Below are positions 10,646 to 20,280 of a DNA stretch of 64,000 bases, piece after piece. How positions within the stretch are numbered: the stretch's first letter is position 1; each line of letters starts with the position of its first letter. Below the pieces are notes generated by a model. The model made no database searches. It saw only the letters and a program-made list of their open reading frames with translations, and was not told where the DNA came from. A program made the translations under genes and the position numbers. This DNA is from Candidatus Bathyarchaeia archaeon (GTDB lineage: Archaea > Thermoproteota > Bathyarchaeia > Bathyarchaeales > Bathycorpusculaceae): positions 96,001-160,000 of the forward strand of contig JBEKHN010000001.1 in assembly GCA_050012255.1 (NCBI GenBank), in the 5' to 3' direction.

Positions 10646-10903
10646 CTAGTCTTCTTTTGGCAGGCTATAGACGATTTGGTTGTCTCGGTCCCCCGCAATC
10701 TGCACTTTTCCAAACGCTGTCATCGCAATCAGGTGTCTCAAAACCCTCGACTTTTCAATGCCTGTGACCTTTGAAATTTCCTCAACAGTCGATGAGTCGT
10801 GATTCTTCATCGCCTGAACTATTAGGTTTCTCTCCTTGTTGCGCTCCTGCATCTCTTTCGCTTTTTCCGGGCTTATCTTCAGTTTTTCAGACAAGCGTGC
10901 CAC
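10646..10903 (-). CDS. small winged-helix protein
   Basis: STVEEISKVTGIEKSRVLRHLIAM HTH pattern; similar to 20699-21052. Confidence 0.7.
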   Translation of the reverse strand: MARLSEKLKISPEKAKEMQERNKERNLIVQAMKNHDSSTVEEISKVTGIEKSRVLRHLIAMTAFGKVQIAGDRDNQIVYSLPKED

Positions 10904-11122
10904 TTCCCTGAGAAGACTAACTCAGGTCGGCAGGCTGTATATAAAAATGATTCCGATGCGAATCAAAATCGGATGTCCCTTTCTGGCGTGCAGGACATGC
11001 ATACAATTATATCTCAGATTTACGAACATTCAAGAACGGAGACTCTCTTGAGAAAAGATCTGACAGAAGTCAAGTTTGAGGAACTAAGAGGCAAATGCTT
11101 CGAGTTAATCCGCGTAGTCGAA

Positions 11123-11332
11123 ATGCTCTGCGAGGTCTGCCAGAAACCGTTAAGCACCAAAGAAAAACTTCTCAGAAAGGTTCAGATCTCGAGCAGCGAG
11201 GACTATCAGAATCTTTTGGATCGAGCGACCGTTCACGACCGTGCTGAAGTCGATGTGGAAAAGAGCAGAATCTACTTTTACGACCACGACTTTCCCGGAG
11301 ACATACACCCAGAGTGCATAGAAAAACTGTAG
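11123..11332 (+). CDS. small hypothetical protein with CxxC...HxxC (possible Zn-binding)
   Basis: MLCEVCQKPL...IHPECIEKL; ATG at 11123 preferred over the longer ORF start. Confidence 0.5.
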   Translation: MLCEVCQKPLSTKEKLLRKVQISSSEDYQNLLDRATVHDRAEVDVEKSRIYFYDHDFPGDIHPECIEKL

Positions 11333-11466
11333 TCAGGAGAAAGCGTTGCCGTTTGCTCCGCGCGCTAGCGTGTTCCTGAATTCTTTTGGCAAGTAGCTTG
11401 TGCTGCTCATTCTGCTCCTCAACCGTACTTGCCTCATATAGGATACCCGGGGGAAGGGTGTGAGCA

Positions 11467-11586
11467 CGCCCGGACTTAGACCCAAATGGGTTCGAGTCCG
11501 CTGCTTCAAATATCCTGTAACCAGCATTCTCTTCGTCTTAGGCCAACTGGTTCAGAGCTGCCCGTCCCCATACCCAAACGGGTTCA
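11467..11586 (+). repeat. ~120-bp direct repeat, copy 1 (palindrome - 64-nt spacer - palindrome)
   Basis: Near-identical to 17386-17505 with only a few substitutions. Confidence 0.92.
11472..11499. repeat. 28-bp T-arm-like palindrome A
   Basis: GGACTTAGACC-CAAATG-GGTTCGAGTCC. Confidence 0.85.
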
Positions 11587-11591
11587 GGGCC
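11564..11591. repeat. 28-bp T-arm-like palindrome B (degenerate)
   Basis: GTCCCCATACC-CAAACG-GGTTCAGGGCC. Confidence 0.7.
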
Positions 11592-11625
11592 ACCCCTACC
11601 TACGACAAGAACACTATTAAACCGG

Positions 11626-11649
11626 GTTCGAATCTCTCCCGGGCTACCA
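11626..11649 (+). tRNA. tRNA 3' fragment (T-loop to CCA), probably tRNA-Gln-like; att-type remnant, not a full gene
   Basis: G-TTCGAAT-CTCTC-CCGGGCT-A-CCA has canonical spacing; no matching AGCCCGG 5' half upstream. Confidence 0.7.
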
Positions 11650-11913
11650 CTCTCTAGAGTTTGATTATACTAAATTCTGCTGAGGGGTTTCGCTCATTTC
11701 CCCTCTTTTTCTGTTTTTAGGAGACGATCATCCTTGAATGAGTGTAAAGTCGTTCTTGTTTTCAGAAGGTATGAAGAGTTTTGGAGGTTCTGTTTTTCAG
11801 ATTGTAGAGAGTTTAAGGTCGGTTGTGCTGAGTCTTGCAGGTTTAGGAAGGCTCTTGGGATTCTGCCTTTTCGCAAGTCGTGCGCAGGCAAGTTTAAGGG
11901 AGAAGTAAACTAG

Positions 11914-12674
11914 GTGAGAGGGAAGGATCGTTCTTCGGTTTCTGTTGATGGGGACTCTTACTGTAAGAATGGTAATAGTGTCAGCATCAGGCAATCGGTG
12001 TTTGAGAAGCTTGATGAGAATCCTTCGTTGACGGCTAAGAGTCTATGTAAGCTCTTGAATCTGTCTTACTGTAGTTACAGTAACTACTTGGCTAGGCTGA
12101 AGTGTGAGTGGAAGTATTACCGTAGGAATGAGCGGGGTTCAAAGTGTTCAATTCATGCTTGGCGTGGTTGGTGTTATGTGCCTGAGGGTGTGGATAGGGC
12201 TCGGGCTTTGGGTGTTGGGTGGGTTTGTAGTAGGGCTCGGAATCGGTGGTTGTTGTGGAAGGATCGGTTGGGTAGGCTTCAGTGGTTTGAGACGGCAGGG
12301 TTAACTTGTATGTTCGTAGGCCTGCGAATCTTGGGAGTGCCTATCAGTTTGTCTGTAACGGGTTCAGTTTTACTGGTTTGATTACTGAAGTCAAGGTGCT
12401 GGAAGGAGTTTTGGCGGGTGTGAGGTTCAAGGGGGCGCACTATGTTTTTGAAACTGAGCACCGGTTGCCAAGACCTGTTATTGACCTTTTTGCGAAGAGC
12501 AACGGCGTGGTTATCAAGGTTGGAGATGCAAGCCATCCGAATGCGGTTGAGATCGCAACGTGCTATCCGGATTGGGCAGAAAGAAATGAACGGATGTTCG
12601 AGGAGATCAAAGGGCTCTTTCGGAAAGATTTTCATGAGAAAGATTGTTTCAAGAAACCAGATTATGTAACATGA
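11914..12674 (+). pseudogene. frameshifted mobile-element-type protein with N-terminal HTH-like region
   Basis: ORFs 11914-12381 and 12306-12674 join as ...LQWFET-G-RVNLYVRRP... if one base is added near 12295; strong G/T skew. Confidence 0.6.
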
Positions 12675-13141
12675 GGCTTATCTGATGAAGGCGCGCGCTA
12701 GACCAAGAGCTATTCATCCGCATGTCCTTCTTTCATGAGTGTTGCCAAGGTCTCTATTGTCCCTGAGATAGAAGTATAGGCAGAGTCAAGCAATTCTTCG
12801 TGATTTCCTTTTGTCTCTAGAGCCTGTAAGATAGCAAGATCGATAGCCCGCCTGACGCGCGCGTTAGAACCTTTACCTTCTTCCCCAATTCCTCAACGAA
12901 CAAATCCAGAATAGTGCTCTCTGTCGCATGACCTGTAGTCTTGAATGATCCTATACCGAAATCATTCAGTGATTTGTCAGAGGACATACAGAGCCATTTG
13001 ATAGATATAACAAATGGATTTATTTAACAATTGATTCGCCGTCTACCGCATGCCATGAATTGTATGTATCAACCAACATTCAGAGAACGACTATTCAAGA
13101 CACTGAAGCAACCACATGAATATGATCCGGAAGAGAGAATC

Positions 13142-15877
13142 CTAGCGCGCGCTTAGCATGTCGTGTTTTCGACTTGTAAAATGCTTTCCTATTTCCAGAG
13201 AAGCAAATGCAACGGCCATAGAAGCTATCGCTGTGATCCAGTTCATGACTTGTGGGTAAGTTACGTCGAACACGCTTTGGAGTTGGGGCGTATAGAGCAC
13301 GACCAGCGTTGAGCCCAATGAAGAAAGCACTGCCAACCACAAGAACTTGTTCTTGAAGATGCCGACTTTGAAGACTGGATACTTGAGAGAACGGCAACTA
13401 ATGGCGATAGCTAACTCAACTAAAACCACTGAAGTGAACAGCTGAGTGCGCGCTTCGACCAAGTTATGATTCCCTAGCCATGGTTGAAAGTAGAAGTATC
13501 CACCTAAAAGAAGAACAGTTGTTATGATTGGACTCAACACTAAATAGGTCTTGACTTCGCGCGAAAAGACGCTCTCTTTGGGGTCTCTGGGCTTGTTTTT
13601 CATCAAATCTGGATCGCCTGGGTCTACGCCTAGTGCTATCGCGGGCAGTCCATCCGTGGCAAGGTTCACCCAGAGAATTTGGATCGTTGTAAGTGCAACT
13701 GCCGAACGAGGTTCAGGACTGACAAGCATAACGACAGACAATACAAGGATTTCCATGATGTTGCATTGAAGAAGATAGGTCAGGTATTTCTTGATGTTGC
13801 CGTATATTTCGCGTCCTTCTCTGACAGCTTTTACGATGGTTGCAAAGTTGTCGTCTGCCAAGACCATGTCAGAAGCCTCTTTCGTGACTTCTGTTCCAGT
13901 GATTCCCATAGCGACTCCTATGTCTGCAGTTTTGAGTGCTGGCGCGTCGTTTACCCCATCACCGGTCATGGCGACTACATGGCCTTTCGCTTTCCAAGCC
14001 TTTACGATCCTCATCTTATGTTCTGGCGAAACTCGAGCATAGACCACAACATTTTCAACCGTCTCGATCAACTGCTCATCGCTGATCTTTTCAAGTTCTT
14101 CACCAGTAAGAACTCTGCCCTCTGTTTCGTTTTCCTTCAGCAGAGTCAGTGCCTGGGCCACCGCTACTGCAGTCAGTTTGTGATCTCCTGTAATCATGAC
14201 GACCTTGATCCCTGCCTTTTCGCATGAGCTAATTGCATCTTTAACCTCTTCACGCGGGGGATCAATCATTCCCATTATGCCGACGAAGACGAAGTCCTTC
14301 TCGATTTCCTCATCAAATGAGCATGTGTTCTCTTGCAATTCCTTGTAAGCAAAACCCAGATTTCTCAAAGCTTGAGTCGCCATCCCTTCTGTTGCTTGCG
14401 AAAGCTCTTCACGGTCTTTGACAGTCAGTTCTTTGACTTTTCCGTCTTGTAGAATATTGTTGCAGTGCTGCAATACTATTTCCGGAGCTCCTTTCATGTA
14501 GGCCACTTTGCTGTTTCCTGATGTTTGATGAATGGTGGTCATGCGTTTTCTTTCGGAAGAAAATGGAATCTCTCCGATGCGTGGTTCTTTATTCTCAAGT
14601 TCTTCTTTCTGTAGGCCGGCTTTTGCCGCAGCCACGATCAATGCTCCTTCCGTTGGGTCGCCTTTCACAGTCCACTTTGCTTCCTTCGTCTCTAGTCCAG
14701 CGTCATTGCACAATGTCGCAATTGTGAGCAGTGTGTGCAGCCCTTTTAGTTCGATTGGATTTGAAGCTTTCCCTTCAATGAGGAATTTGCCTGTCGGCTC
14801 ATAGCCTACGCCTGTAACCTTCACTGTAATTTGATCGATGAACATGCTCTGAACGGTCATTTCGCCTTTTGTCATGGTTCCAGTTTTGTCAGAGCATATG
14901 ACACTGGTGCACCCGAGGGTTTCAACTGCAGGAAGCTTCCTTACTATCGAATGTTGCTTTGCCATTCGATACATGCCAACAGCAAGTGCTCCTGTTACAA
15001 CTGCAGGTAATGCTTCTGGAACTGCAGCTACTGCGAGGCTTACACCCCACAAGATCATCTCAAGAATTTCATGCTGCTTAATTACACCTAACACGGACAC
15101 AGCAGCGCAGACAGTAATGGCTAGGATTCCAAGCCATTTCCCAACATTTGCCATTCTTTTTTCAAGTGGCGTCTCTTCCTTGTCTGCTGCCTGAACCATT
15201 TTGGCAATTTTCCCAAATTCAGTATTCATGCCAGTCGACGTTACGACGGCTTTGCCTCGCCCATAGGTAACAGTCGTGCCGGTGAAAACAGTGTTTGTTC
15301 TTTCGGAGACAGGTGTTTCTGCAGCCACAGGCTTGGCATCCTTGTTCACGGGCATCGACTCGCCCGTTAAGGCGGCCTCGTCCATTTTCAAGTTCATGAC
15401 CTCGATGAGTCTAGAGTCAGCAGAAACCTTGTCTCCAGTATACAGCAAAAGAATGTCTCCGGGAACGATATCACTTGTTCTTGTTTTGATCTCTTTTCCG
15501 TCTCGCAAAACCGATGCTGTTGGAGCAGTCATTTTCTTCAGTGCCTCTAGAGCCCTTTCTGCTCTGTATTCCTGAGTAAATCCCAAGACTGCAACTGCTA
15601 CGACAATCGCAATTATGACTGTTGCGTCATAAGGTTCGCCTACTGCGAATGATAATGCAGTCGCCACCAGCAATATTATCACTAGCGTGTTTTTGAACTG
15701 CTCAAGGAGAAGCCTTAGTGGGGATTTTCCTTTCTCCTTTTTCAGTTCGTTAGGGCCGAATTCGACAAGACGCTTGATCGCTTCTTCTTGTCCTAGACCA
15801 GTTCTCTTCGAGTTGAGAGCACTCAAAGACTCTTCAATTTCCATTGAATGCCAAGGTTTTGGCGTATTATTCACCAC
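13142..15877 (-). CDS. P2-type cation-transporting ATPase (Ca2+/Na+ class)
   Basis: TGES, PEAL, DKTGT, KGAPE, MITGD, GDGVND motifs. Confidence 0.95.
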   Translation of the reverse strand: MVNNTPKPWHSMEIEESLSALNSKRTGLGQEEAIKRLVEFGPNELKKEKGKSPLRLLLEQFKNTLVIILLVATALSFAVGEPYDATVIIAIVVAVAVLGFTQEYRAERALEALKKMTAPTASVLRDGKEIKTRTSDIVPGDILLLYTGDKVSADSRLIEVMNLKMDEAALTGESMPVNKDAKPVAAETPVSERTNTVFTGTTVTYGRGKAVVTSTGMNTEFGKIAKMVQAADKEETPLEKRMANVGKWLGILAITVCAAVSVLGVIKQHEILEMILWGVSLAVAAVPEALPAVVTGALAVGMYRMAKQHSIVRKLPAVETLGCTSVICSDKTGTMTKGEMTVQSMFIDQITVKVTGVGYEPTGKFLIEGKASNPIELKGLHTLLTIATLCNDAGLETKEAKWTVKGDPTEGALIVAAAKAGLQKEELENKEPRIGEIPFSSERKRMTTIHQTSGNSKVAYMKGAPEIVLQHCNNILQDGKVKELTVKDREELSQATEGMATQALRNLGFAYKELQENTCSFDEEIEKDFVFVGIMGMIDPPREEVKDAISSCEKAGIKVVMITGDHKLTAVAVAQALTLLKENETEGRVLTGEELEKISDEQLIETVENVVVYARVSPEHKMRIVKAWKAKGHVVAMTGDGVNDAPALKTADIGVAMGITGTEVTKEASDMVLADDNFATIVKAVREGREIYGNIKKYLTYLLQCNIMEILVLSVVMLVSPEPRSAVALTTIQILWVNLATDGLPAIALGVDPGDPDLMKNKPRDPKESVFSREVKTYLVLSPIITTVLLLGGYFYFQPWLGNHNLVEARTQLFTSVVLVELAIAISCRSLKYPVFKVGIFKNKFLWLAVLSSLGSTLVVLYTPQLQSVFDVTYPQVMNWITAIASMAVAFASLEIGKHFTSRKHDMLSAR

Positions 15878-16045
15878 ATCGGATGCGCGTCAGCGCGCGA
15901 TCATTTCAGCTTCCTAAACTCTTTCATGCTTAATCAATGTTTAGTGAGACTTCTTGAGCTCGCGCGCTTGTCATAAATTACGAAAATCGCGCGGACAATT
16001 GAAATATGTGATCATGTAACCAGTATTAAGACTGACGTTTGGAAC

Positions 16046-16945
16046 GTGACTGAGAGATTGCAGTCAAGTAGACTTGCCAAGGGTGGAGCCGTTGCGGAAA
16101 AATCTTTTGTGGTTCTGTTGCTAGTGGGTATGGCCGAAGTGTTTATTGGAATATTCTCTTTGAGTCTTGCCCTAGTTGCTGATGGTGTCCAATCCTTTGC
16201 CGATGCTGTTGTTTCGTTGATCGTTTGGGTTGGTTTACGTTTATCAGGAAAAGCGCCAGATGGTAAATTCCATTTCGGGTATTACAGAGTTGAAAACTTC
16301 AGCAGCATTATCGCCGCTTTCGTCTTGACTGTCTCGGGCGGACTGATCCTTTATGAGTCTTACCAGGGGCTGCTTTACCCTAGAGGGATAGTCAATGCAG
16401 AGATAGCTATGGCAACCGCACTCCTAGCAGCCGCTATAGCCGGGGTAATATTGTTCTTCAAAGTTCGCGCTGCCAGAAGATACGATTCTTTAGCGCTCAA
16501 GGCAGACGCGTTCAACTCAACCAAGGACGTGCTCACATCTTTGACAGCCTTTGTGGGCATAGCCTTGAGCAAATACTTGAACATCGGAGTGACAGATTCC
16601 ATTGCCGGAATAATAATCGCCTTCTTCGTTTTCACTGTTGCATACTCAGTGATAAAAGAATCTTCGTTGATCCTGATGGACGCGTGTCAATGTCCTGACA
16701 TCCTGTTGGATATAGAAAGCATAGCAAAAAGTGTCAGGAATGTTAAAGAAGTGCATGACATCCGTATGCGGAAGCTGGGACCCTACTTGGTAGGTGACAT
16801 GCACATTGTCGTTGACGGCGACATGTCGGTGAGAGAGGCCGATCAGATAGCGATACAGATAGAGGAACAAGTGAAGAAAGAGTTCGATGAAGTGACAGAA
16901 ATAAAAGTGAGAATAGAACCACCAAAGCCCTCAACTGGAGAGTGA
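16046..16945 (+). CDS. cation diffusion facilitator (CDF) transporter
   Basis: SLALVADG, PDGKFHFGYYRVE, LKADAF, C-terminal VHDIRMRKLG domain. Confidence 0.9.
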   Translation: MTERLQSSRLAKGGAVAEKSFVVLLLVGMAEVFIGIFSLSLALVADGVQSFADAVVSLIVWVGLRLSGKAPDGKFHFGYYRVENFSSIIAAFVLTVSGGLILYESYQGLLYPRGIVNAEIAMATALLAAAIAGVILFFKVRAARRYDSLALKADAFNSTKDVLTSLTAFVGIALSKYLNIGVTDSIAGIIIAFFVFTVAYSVIKESSLILMDACQCPDILLDIESIAKSVRNVKEVHDIRMRKLGPYLVGDMHIVVDGDMSVREADQIAIQIEEQVKKEFDEVTEIKVRIEPPKPSTGE

Positions 16946-17211
16946 AAACGACGCGCGCATTATCGCGCGCGGCTTTTACAATAAGCTATACGCTGATTTT
17001 CATAGCCTTGTATTCGAGAATGTCGGATATAATGGGTGAGAGTAAAGTGGCAATGACCTGGGCAATAGCTACGTTCAAAGACTTAGGCTATACGATTGGT
17101 CCATTAGTGGCTGGCATGTTGATGGTTTTCATAAACATTCAGAGCACCCTATTTATCACAGGCGCGGCGTTTGTCCTCCTAGTACCAGTTGCTCTTCTCT
17201 TACATGATTGA
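16942..17211 (+). pseudogene. C-terminal fragment of an MFS transporter
   Basis: DLGYTIGPLVAG and the last transmembrane helices of an MFS protein only; begins at a GCGCGC doublet. Confidence 0.65.
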
Positions 17212-17385
17212 TTCTTGTTTTCAAAAGAGTTCTTTGTCCAAGCGCGCGCTTTTTCCCATGAGGCGTTGACGATATATCAAAACGAGGAATTAAACTGTCC
17301 AACCTCGCGAGGCGCGCGCTAAAAACGCAAAACATCTCGGTTGGGCTAATGCCTTGAAGGGTTCAGACTTCTATCGGACTAACAC

Positions 17386-17505
17386 CGCCCGGACTTAGAC
17401 CCAAATGGGTTCGAGTCCAATGCTTCAAACATCCTGTAACCAGCATTCTCTTTGTCTTAGGCCAACTGGTTCAGAGCTGCCCGTCCCCAAACCCAAATGG
17501 GTTCA
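17386..17505 (+). repeat. ~120-bp direct repeat, copy 2 (contains palindromes 17391-17418 and 17483-17510)
   Basis: Matches 11467-11586; same 92-nt palindrome-to-palindrome spacing. Confidence 0.92.
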
Positions 17506-17585
17506 AGACCTAACATTCACACAATGCTTCCGATGCCGAGTTCTCTCCACTTTTTCTAGATTATCAAGCAGGTAGGGGTCGGACC

Positions 17586-17613
17586 GGACTTAACCCCATA
17601 TGGGTGCGAGTCC
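17586..17613. repeat. 28-bp T-arm-like palindrome F
   Basis: GGACTTAACCC-CATATG-GGTGCGAGTCC. Confidence 0.8.
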
Positions 17614-17815
17614 ACTATTGCAGGCGCTTTCGTAGATTGCTAACGTGGGAGAAAAGTGCAATTTAACCTGCATGTTCTGACCATACCAGTAATAAATCTA
17701 ATGTACCACTTTCCCATCTAACAGCACACCTGCAAACAATATCGTGAAATTAGAAGCGCGCGCGATCTAAATGAAAAAAGAAAAAGAGGGGTTCGGCTAC
17801 TCGTAGCGTGTTCTG

Positions 17816-18490
17816 TCAGCGCGTAGGCCTTGACAAAATCTTTCCCATTGCCTCCATTTCTTGCAAAGAGAACCTGTCCCGTCCATGGGACGTGATGAAA
17901 CCAACCAAATCGTTGAAACCTAAGACCTTAACCTTTTCAGTACTCAAGTCCCTTATTCCAAGGAAATTCAAGAAGACCACAACACCTTGAACCCAAAACT
18001 TCCTGTCGCCAAGAACTTTTGAGTCCACAATAGTCTGCCAAACCCACTGGGCATTTCGCTGGGCTTGATCGGTTGGATCGAAATAAAGGCGCGTCCAGTT
18101 CTTGGTTTCAATCGCGAATACAGCGTTGGGCCCCAAGAGAACGTGGTCAATGTTGCGCTTCTTCCCCCAACTGTCAGAATACACCACATCGTTGACTAAG
18201 AAATAGTAATCATCAAGCGAACGCTGAAGAAGTGAAGTAACCTTTTCTTCCCCTTCAACGCCAAGCCTGTAACTTCGATACATCCTCAGAAAAAAGAATA
18301 TGCCCACTGTAGGAAAAACCATACTCAACGCTCGTGCTCCTTCATAAGCGCCCGCGTTAAAATAGAGAGGCATTTTTGGAATCGAAATCAAGACCAAAAT
18401 CGCCAATGCAACAACGCACACAACAAACATGAGCTGGGCAATCTGAACTTTCCGTCTCAGGTGATTGCCAGATTCTTTAACAATATGCAT
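17816..18490 (-). CDS. membrane-anchored NERD (nuclease-related domain) protein
   Basis: Two TM helices, then GVEGE...NIDHVLLGPNAVFAIETKNW...QAQRNA; likely start ATG 18490 (ORF extends to 18715). Confidence 0.85.
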   Translation of the reverse strand: MHIVKESGNHLRRKVQIAQLMFVVCVVALAILVLISIPKMPLYFNAGAYEGARALSMVFPTVGIFFFLRMYRSYRLGVEGEEKVTSLLQRSLDDYYFLVNDVVYSDSWGKKRNIDHVLLGPNAVFAIETKNWTRLYFDPTDQAQRNAQWVWQTIVDSKVLGDRKFWVQGVVVFLNFLGIRDLSTEKVKVLGFNDLVGFITSHGRDRFSLQEMEAMGKILSRPTR

Positions 18491-19044
18491 CCGAGTGACT
18501 ACCTGGTTGATACCGATTAATCCTTCTTGAAAGATGTATATTAGCGCACCCGCGCTCGACCTGAGGAGGTGTCTGTTAGAATAGCGCGCTATTCTAGACC
18601 GCAATGACTGAATGACATCTAGGACAATTCCTAGGATTTCCTTCTGTCTTAAACTCCAGCCCACAGTTCTTACATCTGCAGTTCTTTGCTCTACCATATT
18701 TTCTGTATCTTTCACTCATTCTTTTTCCTTCTTTCTTCTTATTCTAGAAATTGGATGGTTGATTTTCTACTATTATCATAAGTTGTATAACTGTAACCAT
18801 CAACAGCGCGCGCCTATTTTCTTTTTCTGAAACGCGCGCTATTTTTAGGGTCGAGTCCATCGATCGAACTAACTCCAGCCCGCGTGCCATAAGAACAACA
18901 AGAACCCACCAACACTCCATTTTCTTTAACGCGTAAACGCTAAAGCTAAATTAGTTCTATCTGTTGAGGGCGCGCGCGTCTGCCAAGTGTTCTGAAACGT
19001 AATTTTTTTAAGAATGGCGTCATAAATGGAATGGGGAAAAATCC

Positions 19045-19569
19045 TTGACCCGCTGGTTGGAATATAACATTCATTTACGAAGTACATTAACGAATGATGC
19101 CATTTCCGTGCTTGTTGACTTTGTTTATCCATTTATGAGAAATCATGGGGAATATGTTAATTGGCATTATCTTGTTGAGCAAAATGGGTGTCGCTCAACC
19201 CAATTGGAAATAAGATTACGCGTAGAAGGAGCACAAGAATACATCGATACATTTAGACGAGATATGACAACTGAAATCCAAAATTATAGCCAACGTACTA
19301 ACCTCGTTATGAGTGAGAATGACGCATTGGGGTCTCATGAAGGTCTTCATGGAAACCGAACTGGGCATTACCAAGGAGCAGCCTCCGAAAATTTTGGTAG
19401 AGATTGGAATTCTATTGTAGGAATAATGCAAATTGGGTCTGAAAATGCTATTGAGATATTTCGACTAGCACGAGGTTTAGTGGAAAGGCGCTCATTTGAC
19501 GATGGCCCGAGACAGGTTAATCATCCTTATTACCTTCACTTAACCTTCAACCAACTTCTCACTGAATAA
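19045..19569 (+). CDS. stand-alone Lant_dehydr_C (SpaB C-terminal)-like protein
   Basis: W-x-x-Y-x-I start, EIRLRV and terminal LHLTFNQL resemble the RLRV and HxxxNRL motifs of that family. Confidence 0.5.
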   Translation: MTRWLEYNIHLRSTLTNDAISVLVDFVYPFMRNHGEYVNWHYLVEQNGCRSTQLEIRLRVEGAQEYIDTFRRDMTTEIQNYSQRTNLVMSENDALGSHEGLHGNRTGHYQGAASENFGRDWNSIVGIMQIGSENAIEIFRLARGLVERRSFDDGPRQVNHPYYLHLTFNQLLTE

Positions 19570-19617
19570 GTGAGAGGAAACCTACAGAATTGTAAATAAT
19601 ACGTGCTATGAGGTGAT

Positions 19618-20280
19618 CTGACGCAGACGCAAATAACCGAACTAACCAAGACTCTCTTAGATGAGAAGGAAATTGCCGTTGCAGACAGACTTGATTTTCT
19701 AATTGAAAAAGAACCAGAAATGTGGAAGGCTTGGGCGTTACTGGAGCAAGTACTCCCGATATTTTGGATAGTAGAGGGCAAATACCTTCATACTCGTGCG
19801 CCTGTATTTGTTTATCGGACTCTCTACTATCTCAACCACCCCCATGATTTCATCAACGATTCCAGAAAAATGATTCTCATGATGGGAAATCATCTCGAAG
19901 GTCTTTTGGTACATTTGCTTGACTTGCACAATCGACCTCTCGGAGATTTGTCTTATTATTTATCTAAAACTGACCAGACGGAATTATCATCTTCTCTTCT
20001 AAAGTTCAACGAAGTTTATCGGCGAGCAAAACATATGTCTGGAGACCCATTCTTGCCAACGAGATTAGACCAAAGAACTTTCAGTACACGCGAAGCGGTC
20101 TATTGCCTATTTGTCATGAGAAATCTTTCAATCAAGCTTTTTGATTTATTGAAGAAAGCAGGAAAACCTTTGAGCGAAGAATGGAAGCAAATTGACTCTC
20201 AATGGTTTACGTGGGACAGCGAAGAGCCAATTAGCCCCGGAAGGAGAGTTATAGTAAAAAGCCAGCAACCAGAAATCTGA
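19618..20280 (+). CDS. hypothetical protein, possibly HEPN/DUF4145-like
   Basis: Frame is open from CTG 19618 (GAGGTGA just upstream) or ATG 19720; HLEGLL and NEVYRRAKH in a helical-looking protein. Confidence 0.45.
   Translation: MTQTQITELTKTLLDEKEIAVADRLDFLIEKEPEMWKAWALLEQVLPIFWIVEGKYLHTRAPVFVYRTLYYLNHPHDFINDSRKMILMMGNHLEGLLVHLLDLHNRPLGDLSYYLSKTDQTELSSSLLKFNEVYRRAKHMSGDPFLPTRLDQRTFSTREAVYCLFVMRNLSIKLFDLLKKAGKPLSEEWKQIDSQWFTWDSEEPISPGRRVIVKSQQPEI

Noticed and set aside
11440-11649. Complete or intron-containing tRNA gene
   Set aside because: No 5' acceptor strand (AGCCCGG), D-arm or anticodon arm could be found upstream.
17343-17370. Additional palindrome copy GGGCTAATGCC-TTGAAG-GGTTCAGACTT
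   Set aside because: Only GGGTTCA matches and the arms barely pair, so it is too degenerate to count.
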